A model generated the notes under the pieces. That model was not told where the DNA came from and did not search any database. It saw only the letters and a list, made by a program, of their open reading frames with translations. A stretch of DNA of 63,697 bases, filler included, from Octopus bimaculoides (lineage: Eukaryota): the NCBI RefSeq assembly GCF_001194135.2. It is 7 parts of 7 records of this genome, joined end to end, with 100 filler letters (N's around TTAATTAATTAA, not from the genome) between each part and the next. Parts side by side here need not be neighbours in the genome. Positions count along the whole stretch, not along the records: positions 1 to 27,490 come from NC_068993.1; positions 27,591 to 33,405 come from NC_068999.1; 5 more parts are not named here. The stretch is one strand, 5' to 3'. A program made the translations under genes and the position numbers. Of this stretch, positions 15,712 to 28,805 are shown piece after piece (position 1 is the first letter of the stretch; each line of letters opens with the position of its first letter).

Positions 15712-16646
15712 TGTCTATATGTATACATATCGTTACGTATATATAGATATAGACATGTATATACGTATGCATGTACGTAGGTATGTGTGTATGTATATCG
15801 ATTGACTTAATGATTAGAATCGATAAATGACTATTTTGTGTTAATAGTTCCTCTCCATTGCATTCTGAATTCAAATCCTGTCGAAGTCATCTTTATTACC
15901 GTTCTAGGTAAAAAGATGCAGCTTTTTATATAAATGATATATTTAAACTTGTAGACAGAGCAAACATATTTTATAATAGCTGTGGATTGGCTAGTATTTT
16001 TAGAGACCCAGAAAAATGCCAGCTGTTATCTGATGCCAGCTTTTTAGTTTCAAAACTCAGAGAGGTCAAATTCAACTTTTAACCTCTCAGAATCAATAAG
16101 ATATTACCATTCAAGATCTGAGTTTAATTTGATCGACTGATGTCAATTTGATCCCTAAATCCAACCCCAAGGTGCTGGGCTTGTGCCTATATAAAAGTCA
16201 ATTATTATAAAAGATGAGAATAAATTTAAAGTTGTGTGTGGCCGTATTCATATTGATTCAATTAAATTTTATCTATAATTCCAAGAGGGGGTTAGTTTTC
16301 ATTTAAGATCTTTGGAGACAAAGAAAACAAAGCTAATATGTCTGAATTGAATTTTATGGATTTCATATTTCTTTATCCATCGCTGTCCTTGGGTCCGATA
16401 TAAATACTGTTATAAACACTCCCTTTGATGTATTGACCGAATTATTAGTGCGATGCACACAATATGCCTTGTGGTATTTAGTTACGTTCTTTTACGGTTT
16501 GGATTCAACCTTACATTTGAGCCCTTTAGGGATGCTAAAATAAGCCCCAGTTAATTACCGGAGTTGATTTAATTGACTTCTTCTCTGAATTGAATATATA
16601 GCCAGTTGCCAATGCTAGCAATCAATATTCTTAGGTAGCTTAATTA

Positions 16647-17470
16647 GGTGGCGAGCTGGCAGAAACATTAGCACGCCGGGCGAAATGCTTAGAGGTATTT
16701 TGTCTGCTGCTGCGTTCTGAGTTCAAATTCCGCCGAGGTCGACTTTGCTTTTAATCTTTTAGCGGTCGATTAAATAAGTACCAGTTACGCACTTGAGTTG
16801 ATATAATCAACTTAATCCCCTCTGTGTGTAGCACCTTGTGGGCAGTAAAGAAATAAAGAACATTAGCGCTCTGCCTAAAAATATTTAGCAGCATTTCGTC
16901 CGTCTTTTCGTTTTGAGTTCAGAATCCACCGTGGTCGACTTTACTTTGATCCCTTTCGGGATCGATAAAATAAGTACGTAATTGGCTTAGCCCCTACCCT
17001 GAAATTGCTGGCCTTGTGCCAAAATTTGAAACCAATATTATCAGATTTTTCTTTTTAAGCGGCGAGCTGACTGAATTGTTATCACACCAGGCAGAATGCT
17101 TAATAGCATTAGGTTCGTCCTTCCGTTCTGAGTTCAAATTCGATCCTTTGAGGTCGATAAAATAAGTACCAGTTGAGCACATATGGATCAATGCATCGGA
17201 TTTGCGCCGTCCCTATAATTGCTGGCTTCATGCCAAAATCTGAAACCAGTATTTTTATAAGGCGGGTGAAAGTGTGGAATCGTTAGCACGCAGGAAAAAA
17301 AAAATTCTTCACAGTATTTCCTCTTCCTTCACTCTGAGTTCAATTCTGCTGATTTCCACTGTACCGTTCATCCTTTCGGCGTCTATAAAATAAGTAATCA
17401 CTTGAGTACACTGCGTTTAATGTAGTGGATTATTCCCCACCCCCAAAAAATTCAAACCTTGTGGCAGCTG
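16647..17470 (+). mobile_element. Tandem cluster of four family-1 SINEs
   Basis: Heads or cores at about 16647, 16861, 17059 and 17260, all in the same orientation. Confidence 0.85.
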
Positions 17471-18189
17471 TAAAATGAAGAAACATATTTTACAACGAAC
17501 CTAATAAAACAAGTTATATACTTCCAACAAAGATAGTAATACAGTTTCCATCACCAGATGAAGCTTGTTCATTTGATGTGCTACGCGAAAGCTTTTGAAA
17601 ATGAGACGAATTTCAAAAATTTCCATTTTCTTTATATCAAAAACATAACGCTGTATTTCTAGCATATTTTAAGTAGCAATACAAAATTCAAAACGTTTTC
17701 TTTTCAATCAGAATACAAAAGAGACGGGAAAACAGAAAATTCTTTATATGACAATGACATATATGTTGTTGAATTAAAACCATTGTATTAAGTGCATTAA
17801 TTAATTAAATTAGATGCATATAGTTCCTAGAGCGATTTTTCTGCAATTCTCATTATGATATAAATTCTGAATTATACAGATGCCGCACTGTTTAGTTGAT
17901 TAATTAACGATTTAAGTCTCGGTTAATTTTAGCTTCCACATTCCAACTGCGATGGTCAATTTAAACATGATTCATTGGATATAGTAAAAAGGTCACATAA
18001 TATTTTCATTGTGTTAATGTATGTCACCTTGAGTAATGGCAAATGGAATTTGAAACTTCGGAAGATTTAACGCCGCCATCAGAGCTATGATTAGAAACAC
18101 CTCAGGAACAATCTCGTTTAAAAATACACTTCTGTATTTAATATTAGCACCATGTGCCAAAGCAGAATCGATGGATCTGCTTGCAATAC

Positions 18190-18385
18190 TGGTTTCAAAT
18201 TTTGGTACAAGGCCAGCCAATTCAGGCTGGAGCTAACTCGACTACATAGACTTCAGTGCTCAACTGGTACTTATTTAATCGACCACGAAAGAATTAAAAG
18301 CAAAGTTGATCCCGGCTGGTTTTCTGCTCAGAACTTATAGACAAACGAAATGCCATTAAGTATTTTGCCCGGCGTGAAAAAGTTA
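18190..18385 (-). mobile_element. Family-1 SINE, degenerate
   Basis: Reverse-complement tail and core (TGGTTTCAAATTTTGGTACAAGGCCAGC...CTGGTACTTATTTAATCGAC). Confidence 0.75.
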
Positions 18386-18517
18386 AGTGGACCTCCGCGA
18401 AATGTGAACTTAGAACGTGGAGAGTCGGAATAATTACCATGAAGCAGTTTGCTTGACCCGCAGACACTATCTGCAAATGGCAGCCGCTGATCTGCTAGTA
18501 ATATTAGCCGTATCTAA

Positions 18518-18733
18518 GGCGGCGAGATGACAGCAAGGTGAGTACGCTGGGCAAACAGCTTAGCGGCATTTCGTGTGTCTGCACGTTCTGGGTTCAAATT
18601 CTGCCGAGGTCGACTTTGCTATTCATCCTTTCGGGGGTCGATAAATTAAGTACCAGCTGGACACCGGTGTCGGTGTAATAGACAAGCACCCTCCCACAAA
18701 ATTATTGGCCTTGTTCCAAAATTTCAAACCAAA
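18518..18733 (+). mobile_element. Family-1 SINE
   Basis: Head, B box, core and tail are all recognisable. Confidence 0.85.
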
Positions 18734-20809
18734 ATTAGCCACATTTGGCTTCCCTCGAATAACATAGTACTGTATTTAAACAGGAATGATACGTTGTATA
18801 ATGTGATCCTTGATATACTACATCGAAAAACAAGACGAGCCGAGTTCAACTAGCCTTTCGTCCTTTGCAGTTTCATAAAATTAAAAGCCAATAAACTAAT
18901 AGTTCCCCTCTAATCAAATAGATTCTTGCCACCAGATTACTTGTGCAAGTGTTGACAATCGAAAGTTCCGCATACCGGACACCAGAAGATTTCAGAGGTC
19001 ATCCTGAAGGAATACACGCCATTTCGAAGTCTCCCCCTTGACGTCTTTGTAATTCAGTAGCGGTCCGCTCTGATCTGATATTACTACCTACTTCGAAGGA
19101 ACATCAGCCCGAGTATTTATCGATCTACAGTGGTTTCAATCCTGTGATGATTCGCTTAGTGTTTTCATGGCTGGATGATCTACACCGCTTCGACGTCTTC
19201 CATTGGAAGCCAGTAGGTTCCACGGGTCAGCAGGAAGTATGCGCACCGTTTCACGGCTCTCTTTTCAGCGTCTTTACAGGGAATCGGCTCCCCACCATTT
19301 CCTGTCGTACGTCCCTACCTCCAGGATTGACTGATTAATATTTAACCACTTTCCTCTCCAAGGGTAGTTGATTCAGTGCTTAAACTACAAATCAATATTT
19401 GTCTTAGCCAAGGCCTTGGTGTGTCTATTTGCCCCACGAACGCTCAACACTTCAGCCTAAAAACTCATAGATTTATCAGTAGGCCATCTTCATTTCCTAC
19501 CATCTTAGTGTTATCAATACACAAGCACTTAGAGAGATGTTTGGTATTGAAGTAGATCTTAATTAGGTAACGTCTCACATGATAATTTATCACAAACTTC
19601 AGACATAATAGAATTAGTGGTTTTGAATGGTTTTGATTTAATAAATACTTCAATACATTTTATAGTTTTAAATTGAATTGCTTACTTTATTATTCATTCA
19701 GTTCATATGTACGTGTAAGAGATTTATGTACAGAAAACGATATAAAGATAAATCTATGACAGAATGTGTCTAGCACACACCCAAATATACACATATATAT
19801 ATATATATATATATANNNNNNNNNNNNNNNNNNNNNNNNNNNNNNNNNNNNNNNNNNNNNNNNNNNNNNNNNNNNNNNNNNNNNNNNNNNNNNNNNNNNN
19901 NNNNNNNNNNNNNNNNNNNNNNNNNNNNNNNNNNNNNNNNNNNNNNNNNNNNNNNNNNNNNNNNNNNNNNNNNNNNNNNNNNNNNNNNNNNNNNNNNNNN
20001 NNNNNNNNNNNNNNATAACCACGCTCAGACAACGAGTATATGAACGGATGCAATGAATATTGAGTAGATGAAAAAATAATAATAAAAATAATTTTTTTAA
20101 ATGACACGATTATCGACAACTGAGTGCCCAGGGAATATCGAACCCATGATTTCTTTGTTACTACTTTCGTATTATTACCGCTCTTTCATAAACCCTTTTA
20201 TCATGAAATATATTCCAGCTACTTAAGTTTCAATGAATCTCTGCTTTTAAATTGGCTCTGTATACGCCTGCCCAAGCCTCACTGACTAGCAATCAATCAA
20301 TTCTTGTTTACACAATCAGCAAACGACAATAATCTATAAATTCACTTGTTTAGGTTCTAGATCTCAACTGGAAACTGAGATATGCGTTCGTTAAAAAATA
20401 ACTTGAGTCCTATTGAAATTCCGCAAGTGAAAAAAAGCTAGCCTCGTCTATATTTTCGCTCGACTTGCTAATTTTCTTTCACTAAATATTCAGTGTTGTT
20501 GGTGCTTTCAAAGAAAGCTCTTTCTGACCAAGGACAGGACACCTTTATCATATATCTAGCTAATCAAGGCTGCCCTGTGGTGACCAACAACAAAACAATT
20601 ACAAATTTTAGGGAGATTCAGGCAAATATGTTAGCGTATGGAAGGATATATTCGAAACGTTTGAATCAAAAGAACGCTGTTCGATCTCCATTATCCACAG
20701 AGTGTACCGTTGTTTTCTTTTTTATAGACTTTCACCGCAGATATGGCAAAACAATTTGTTTAATAAGCATGTATCATTTGAGATCTTATTCTTATATATA
20801 ATTGCAGAA

Positions 20810-21015
20810 AACCAAAACAGTTGCAGGGGATGGATTAAATCGATTACATCGACGCACCCCTCTCCCCATGGTTCAACAGGCATTTATTGCATCGACCTTG
20901 AAATGATGAATATCAAAGTCGACTTCAGCGGAATTTGAATTGAGAACGTAAAGACGAACGAAATAACGCTAAGCATTTTGTCCGGCGAACTAACGATTCT
21001 GCCAGCTCGCTGCCT
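20810..21015 (-). mobile_element. Family-1 SINE
   Basis: Reverse-complement copy ending ...CTAACGATTCTGCCAGCTCGCTGCC. Confidence 0.85.
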
Positions 21016-21167
21016 TAGCCAATGTATTATGTATTAAAATTGAGTGTACTTGTTCATATACCGAAATACTCATGTTTGACTTAATCAACCAACACCTACT
21101 GCAATATTTGTATTCTTGTATCTTTGTCAGAAAGTAGCATTATACGTACCTGGATGAGATAAATGTG

Positions 21168-21756
21168 GGATCTTTTTTAAAACGGGGGCCACATTTTTCA
21201 TTAATGTTTTACGTAGTGCTTTTGGTACCGAAAGACTTTCAAACTTCGTATACTTATCTATTTTGTGTTATAGATCAGAAAAATATTTTTGTATTCGAAT
21301 TTATTTCATGTAAAAAATTGTCTTATTTCGATAATTTCAACCAATCACTGACGTCCATTCAGCCGATATACATTAAGTGCCGACTACATAAACAAACGAT
21401 TCTTCGTTTTATTTGCTTTTTTCATTTTAAATTTGCTTTAACCCTAACCCTAACCCTAACCCTAACTCTAACCCTAGGGTTAGGGTTAGGGTTAGAGTTA
21501 GGGTTAGGGTTAGGGTTAATTGTTTCAGAATCGTTTGTTTATGTAGTCGGCACTTAATGTATATCGGCTGAATGGACGTCACTGATTGGTTGAAATTACA
21601 GAAATACGACAACTTTAACATGGAATAATTTATGGATTTCTTTTTTTTAAAGAAGACTAAGAGAAAAAGATGTTTTATATGACACATTCTACCAGTGTTC
21701 CAAGTTTCAAAGTGTTTCGTTAATGAAAAATGTGGCCCCCGTTTTAAAAAAGATCC
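21168..21756. mobile_element. Non-autonomous foldback DNA transposon with central telomere-repeat palindrome
   Basis: Perfect 37-bp TIRs GGATCTTTTTTAAAACGGGGGCCACATTTTTCATTAA. 8-bp TSD TAAATGTG at 21160-21167 and 21757-21764. Inner inverted repeat of about 105 bp (about 21298-21402 vs 21527-21632). Core (TAACCC)6 TA (GGGTTA)7 at 21439-21518. Confidence 0.9.
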
Positions 21757-22081
21757 TAAATGTGAAACTACGCATATTCTGACTCTATTTAACTTTGTTT
21801 ACCCGTGTTCATATTTCCAATCTTACCGGAGACAAATTGCTTGATTCTACTTCCATTGACAATAAATGACTGGTAAAATTATCATGGCTCATTCGAGACG
21901 TATATACACGCAGCCTTTTACAGTTGGAGCCTTCTTATAACAATGATTATTCTATAGTTTCCTTATATATATCTAAAATTATACTCTAAATAACCTTAAC
22001 AATGGAACAAGAAAAAAGGCATAAACGAAATCTTTAAAATAAGGAAAGAGTAAACCTTTATTAATTTACTCGTTAAAATAA

Positions 22082-22185
22082 GTTGGCGAGCTGGCAGGTC
22101 CGTTAGCACGCAGAACAAAATACTTAGCAGCATTCCGTCCGTTTTCTCGTTCTGAATTGCTGGCTTGTGCGAAAATTCGAAAGAG
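22082..22185 (+). mobile_element. Family-1 SINE with internal deletion
   Basis: Head joined directly to the tail (GTTCTG|AATTGCTGGCTTGTGCG); the core is missing. Confidence 0.7.
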
Positions 22186-22978
22186 AAATGAAGAACGTGG
22201 TATAACATAGAATTTCCGCAGATCTCACTAGTAATTGTTATAAACAAAGATAGAGAATAAATTTGCCATTTGTACTCTAAATAATTAACCAGACTTCCAT
22301 AGTTAAAATGAAATTTCTTTAAAATATCGGCCTTAATACATAGTGTCTTTAATCCATTCAACTATATATATATATTCAAGATGTAGTGAAATACAAGTAA
22401 TTATATTCTGTGTTATCTCTTACGATCAATATGCAAATAAGTGAAATAATAAATAACGTGAATTTGAAAACGAAACGAGCAATTCATCAAATTAATTAAA
22501 TTATTTAATACATCTATTTGTCTTACTTTACACTGTACTTTTTAAATCATGTTAACACATCGTCAATACTCTCTGCTTTATATCGAATCATGCTAGCATG
22601 ATCTTAGCTATATATTTTATCTGTAAAATTCTGCAGGACATTTGATATTGCGTTGGATTTCTAATTTTCTCTTCGTTTTGATTTGGAACGTTTCATTCAC
22701 ATACTTCAATGCGATTACTATCTTATACTTGCCCTCTGTTGTTTCCATAACTATTATTCATTTCAAGTCACCTGATGAGATGCCTTTCTCGAAATCATTT
22801 GTCCGTCTTCACAAATAGCATACTAAATACTTATTCCATGCATTCATTTACAACAGTAGATCTAAATAGAACTTCTACAGACTAATGCGTTTTTCTTTCT
22901 TACACTGTTTTGTAACAATTTTTTCAAGTCGAGTAACCCATCCCGCTCAAAAGGTCCCTGAATAAGGTTTGTTTAAAG

Positions 22979-23210
22979 ATGTTATTGGAGACATTCAAAT
23001 CCCTATATGGTCATGAACAAACACTTTGGTTACGGTTCATTGATGACGTCTCTTTTTTATCTGGGAAGGGTCACAGGATAGTCTAAATGCCTTCCTGCAT
23101 TTCTGTGACTGCTATGCTAAAAACTATGGCTTTAAGTCCAACATAAAATTTACGTCTAGTATTTCAAAAACTAACGTTGAATTTTCGGACACAAAAGTCA
23201 ACTTACATCG
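22979..23210 (+). mobile_element. Penelope-like retroelement reverse transcriptase fragment
   Basis: LWLRFIDDVSF, frameshift, then IWEGSQDSLNAFLHFCD...NIKFTSSISKTNVEFSDTKVNL. This matches the Penelope RT RYIDD...IW...IKFT...FLD pattern. Confidence 0.8.
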
Positions 23211-23649
23211 ATCGCTATATTCTCTCCTAGTTACTTAACTACAACACTACAAAAGATCTGATAGGGTTAAGAAGACCAACTTTCAGAGAAGAAATTTAAA
23301 ACAATATGCCAGCTTAATATTCACGCGTACTGCAACTATGAGTTGTGTGCATTTATAACATTAATGATAAATGAAAATGCTTTTCACATTATTTGCCAGT
23401 AAATATCAATAACACTAACGTTTTACGACTTTATCAATCGATTGTAAGATAGTAGATAAAAAAATAACTGTCTTCGTCAGTATTATTCATTGCATTACCT
23501 TCTATAGATAATACAATATAATAGTGAAAATAAAGAAGAGCTCCACTTCAGCGACATATGGTCATAGGCCATTCATACGATTATAAATTTTCGAACTATA
23601 AACCGAGGCCTTAGATACACAAACTGTATTAATATTTGCATCCACATAG

Positions 23650-24062
23650 GGTAACGAGTTGCCAGAATCGTTAGCACGCCGGGCGAAATGCCTAGCAGTA
23701 TTTCGTTTGCCGTTACGTTCTGAGTTCAAATTCCGCCGAGGTCGACTTTGCCTTTCATCCTTTCGGCGTTCGATAAATTAAGTACCAGTTACGCACTGGT
23801 GTCGATGTAATCAACTTAATCCCTTTGTCTGTCTTTGTTTGTCCTCTCTATGTTTAGCTCCTTGTGGGCAAGAAAGAAATAAGAATCGTTAGTACTTTGG
23901 GCAAAACGCCTAACGTTCTGAGTTCAAATTCTGCCGAAGTCAACTTTTGTTGTTATCCTTTCGGGGGTCGCAAAAATAAGTACCAGTTGAGAACCGGAGT
24001 CGATATATTCGATGTATAATCTCACTCGAAACTGCTGGCCTTGTGCCAACTTTTGAAAGCAG
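23650..24062 (+). mobile_element. Two head-to-tail family-1 SINEs
   Basis: A near-consensus copy followed by a 5'-truncated copy starting at about 23883. Confidence 0.85.
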
Positions 24063-24309
24063 TATATAGATCTGTGCTGCATATCGATCTGTTTCATAAC
24101 CATCAAATCATTTCATTCTAGTTGCGTACATAGTAACAGGCTCAATCTAAACTAAAACTGTTATAAACACAGAGTTGTAACACACTAAGCTGCAAGACAC
24201 TCACACAGTTAATGATTCGTTTTTCAATTGTTTGAGAATTAGTTCATTTGGACTAAGCTATCTCATACGTTTTCTATAAAACCCATCAGCATTTTTACAT
24301 TGACAAATA

Positions 24310-24784
24310 CTGTAAATCCTCGAGTATAATCCGCATTTTTCCCCCTAAATTTAAAGGTTAAAATCCCTAGTGCGTACTATATACGAGGTTAAATAGGAAA
24401 AATATTTCCTAAGCAATGTCCGAGTCTCTATTTGCTGTCCGGCAATGTTTATTCAGACGCATTTTGTAATCTCTGGCTTGTAACTGATAGTGATAAATAT
24501 GTAAAGGCAATTTACTTAATATTTATTTTTCACTGTTATTTCTTTATTTTCTGCAAACAAAGTGCACAAGAATCTACACGTTTGCATTATGTTATATATA
24601 CAATAATAATAAAGACATTACCGTATATATGTTTACAAACCAAGGACGTTATATAGACAACCTTGACTCAAGTTAGAGAAGGAGTGCGTATTATACACTA
24701 GGTTTTGATTTTTTCAGGGGTACAGCCCCCTAAAAATCCCCTGTGTATTATACTCAAGGGCGGACTATACTCGAGGATTTACGG
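24310..24784. mobile_element. Tc1/mariner-pogo-like MITE
   Basis: 25-bp TIRs CYGTAAATCCTCGAGTATARTCCGC (2 mismatches). TA on the left flank and TT on the right. Subterminal GTGCGTA.TATA repeats; no ORF. Confidence 0.75.
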
Positions 24785-26659
24785 TTCCTACAACTCGAAA
24801 ATATATTTCTTTGTATAAAAGAAGTGAGTTATCTTCAAAATACACGCCTTAGCAGGAAATACTCAGATCATCATATAAGACCTATGATCACGATTGAAGA
24901 TAACAGGGGGGCAAAACCGCAATGCGTAATGTAAATGTGAATAATTGTCAGAGAAAAATCATGGAACTTTCAACATACGCATCTTAAGTAATATGCTTAG
25001 AATTAAAACCACACTTGGCAAATATGAAACTAAAGTTAAATCTACCGAAAATAGACTATAATATACGAATTAAATAAGTAATCTCTTTTAAAAGGGGACA
25101 AGAGTGTCTCCAAAGTGCCTGAACAGAAGAAAGTCAAAAGTACGTAATGAGAAGAGAAATATTTAACGCGGGGGAGGCCAAATATGTACGAAATTATAAA
25201 CTGTCATAGCATAAAATCTAGTTTTTATAGCTGACAGAAAACCATGATCGAAAATGAGAAATATCAAAGCTTGACTACATCTTGTGATTGCTATAATCCT
25301 ACCCATTAGTCCTAGTGCTAGTAATGGAGTGAAAGTATTTCATTACGTATTATCTATATGATAAAATAATATAAACATTATACTGACACAAACAGTTATA
25401 AGTCATTACCTGAACAATACCTTGACAAAGTCTTAAATCTTCAGAGATATTTTGGAAGCGCTTTTTATAACATTTACTGGCAAATAGTTTGGAAATCAGC
25501 TTAGTGTGTCTGCTTAACCGAAAACATTAATGTAAACAGCTTAAAGTAGAAGTATTTCTACTACACGATAATGGACAAGAGCTTTACAGTGCATGGTTTA
25601 AAAATAAACTCCTCCTTAGCTCAACACCAGTTCGGTATTATCTAGGAATAAAGCAACTAATGACGGCTGGAGGTTGAAACGTAGTTTACCGATAAATATT
25701 AAGTAATTTTACTTTCACATGAATAATTAATAAGCGTATTGATAATACGTTCATATAGACATTTATATATTTAATCATCGGTTAAGATTAAATATATATA
25801 ATATGCTATGTTTAGAAAGACATGTCGTTGTCAGATATATTTACATACGTTACAATTAATATATAATTTAAAGTATCTATGTTACAAAGACAGCCAAATT
25901 CACAATACACCGTGCTATCAAAGATCCCATACAATGTTCAAAATGACCAGTAAAATAAATAAGTTAATATATTTTTTTTATCTAAAAAGTATATATATAT
26001 TTTATTACTATATAGTTATTACTACTGTTATACGTTTCTGACTGTCGTTTCACATACTTTTAGGTTATACAGGCAGTCAGTACATACATGATTATTATAT
26101 NNNNNNNNNNNNNNNNNNNNNNNNNNNNNNNNNNNNNNNNNNNNNNNNNNNNNNNNNNNNNNNNNNNNNNNNNNNNNNNNNNNNNNNNNNNNNNNNNNNN
26201 NNNNNNNNNNNNNNNNNNNNNNNNNNNNNNNNNNNNNNNNNNNNNNNNNNNNNNNNNNNNNNNNNNNNNNNNNNNNNNNNNNNNNNNNNNNNNNNNNNNN
26301 NNNNNNNNNNNNNNNNNNNNNNNNNNNNNNNNNNNNNNNNNNNNNNNNNNNNNNNNNNNNNNNNNNNNNNNNNNNNNNNNNNNNNNNNNNNNNNNNNNNN
26401 NNNNNNNNNNNNNNNNNNNNNNNNNNNNNNNNNNNNNNNNNNNNNNNNNNNNNNNNNNNNNNNNNNNNNNNNNNNNNNNNNNNNNNNNNNNNNNNNNNNN
26501 NNNNNNNNNNNNNNNNNNNNNNNNNNNNNNNNNNNNNNNNNNNNNNNNNNNNNNNNNNNNNNNNNNNNNNNNNNNNNNNNNNNNNNNNNNNNNNNNNNNN
26601 NNNNNNNNNNNNNNNNNNNNNNNNNNNNNNNNNNNNNNNNNNNNNNNNNNNNNNNNNNN

Positions 26660-26691
<32 letters not shown>

Positions 26692-27230
26692 TACATATAT
26701 GTATGTATGTATGTATGTATGTATATAAATGTGTGTGTGTGTGCGCGCGTATGTGTGTATGAGAGAGTATGTATGCGTGTATATATATATATTAACGTTG
26801 AATCTTATACTGCCCAAATATTTGAGAACAATACCCACAATTAAAATGTTCTTGTCTCATCCATTTCCAACGATGCAATATAAATTCAATAAACGATATT
26901 TTATATGATCATTTCCAGTTTTGCTTAACGAACAGTTAAATACCCCTCCCTGTCTCATTCTCTGTATCTATCTATCTATATATCTATCTACATATATATA
27001 CTATCTATCTATTGAGCGATCTATCTTTCTCTCTGATTTGCACTTTCTCTCTCTCATTCTCCCTTCTCTTTCTCTCATTTTCTCTCGCGTCATCTGTTCC
27101 CCCTTTTCCTACGGATTTTTAATCATATAAGACATTTTCAACATCAGCTTTACCGACATTTTCACTAGATTTCATTTATTATTAACTTAGCTGTATATTT
27201 ATGTGTGCTTCTGTGTGCATGAGCTTCTGT

Positions 27231-27265
<35 letters not shown>

Positions 27266-27534
27266 CCGTGTGTGTTTGTATGCATGTGTAGGTATGTATA
27301 TGCATATATGTAGGTATAAATATATATGGAGGTATGTACATGTATATATGTACATGTATGTATGTATATGTATGTGTATGTACATACATGTATACATACA
27401 TACATGTATACATACATATATACATACATACATACATACATACATGCACACGTACGTACATACATGCATGTACATATGTATATATCGGATNNNNNNNNNN
27501 NNNNNNNNNNNNNNNNNNNNNNNNNNNNNNNNNN

Positions 27535-27546
27535 TTAATTAATTAA
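27535..27546. other. Assembly gap linker TTAATTAATTAA (also 33450-33461, 54575-54586, 56852-56863, 60293-60304, 62488-62499)
   Basis: An identical 12-mer with stops in all six frames, centred between two 44-N runs six times. Confidence 0.95.
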
Positions 27547-28429
27547 NNNNNNNNNNNNNNNNNNNNNNNNNNNNNNNNNNNNNNNNNNNNGACTACCGTA
27601 ATTCTGTCTTTTTTCTTCCTTTAAATCACAAGCTATTTCGGCTCAAACGAGGAAAAAGACAGAAGAGAAGAAAGAATAAGGGTAGTCTTACCTGTCGGTC
27701 CGGAGAAAGGGTCAATTTCAACATCCACGTGCTGTCACGATCTCCGAGGTTCACTCCACGTCCACGTGCGCTATCCGATGCTCTACCTTCTCACACGTCC
27801 ACTCTGATGTGTTGTTCGCCGCCGACTGACCCTCGTGCTTCCCTGAATACCGCATGTCCACTGCGGCACTTCCAGTAGGATCCACAGGCCCCACTTCCGA
27901 CAGCACATGCCTACTTCCGATCCTTCCCTACAACACAGCCTGGCCCATAACACCACACTGAATATGTTATAGGGTTTCCTAATGCATTTATAGCTGGTCA
28001 TTTGCTTAGCTGATATAGTTTTTATAAAGTAATAAACATTTGTAAAATGTGTTTTTTCTCAAAGTCAAAAATGCAGTAAATTTTATTCGTTGTACCACAG
28101 CCGTCCCTATTGCATTTGAAGACATAGTATTCACACGGGTATATTAGACGAATCCCAATTTCAGCAACACATATTCGAGAATAGAAAATGGTTTTCGTGC
28201 ATTGAAGTTCGTATTATAGACCCAACTTCGCATATAGAGCACCATGACTTTTTAACACAATTCTTTAAGAAAATAAATTGCGTTTTATATGCCATCAAAT
28301 ACAGTGTGTTGAAGTAGTTTCTGAAGTTGGGTCATTCAACGACAAAAAGAGTCAGAATTAAATACAGTGAATAATGAAGTAAGAAGTAATATGTCTACTG
28401 TGGCAGACGGGTTAACAGGAAATAAATCT

Positions 28430-28620
28430 TTTCTACTTGAGATACAACGCTTGAGATTTTGCGGGGAGGGGAATGTCGGTTACATCGGCCCCAGTGCTCA
28501 ACTGGTACTTATTTCATCGACTCCGAAAGGATAAAAAGCAAAGTCGACCTTGGTGGAATTTGAACCCAGAACGTAAAGGTGGATAAGTGTCAATAAGCAT
28601 TTTGCCCGGCGTGTTAACAT
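28430..28620 (-). mobile_element. Family-1 SINE
   Basis: Reverse-complement core CTGGTACTTATTTCATCGACTCCGAAAGGATAAAAGCAAAGTCGACC. Confidence 0.8.
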
Positions 28621-28805
28621 TTGTATCAGAGAGATGGAAATTTTGAATAATGAAAAAAAAAAAAAAAAAATCAACTGAGCAAGGGCAATAACTCAAGATC
28701 AAGATCTATTTGTTATAGGAAAGAAAAATGCAGTTTATTATTCTTTTATATGGTTCAACCTTGAGGCTGTGGCCATGCTGGGGCACCGCGATTGTAATCA
28801 CGTTT

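Noticed and set aside
18960-19335. GC-richer block that looks coding
   Set aside because: All six frames are interrupted and no motif was recognised; probably an old repeat fragment.
21439-21518. Telomere-fusion scar
   Set aside because: The orientation is (CCCTAA)n then (TTAGGG)n, the reverse of a fusion, and it sits inside a TIR/TSD-bounded element.
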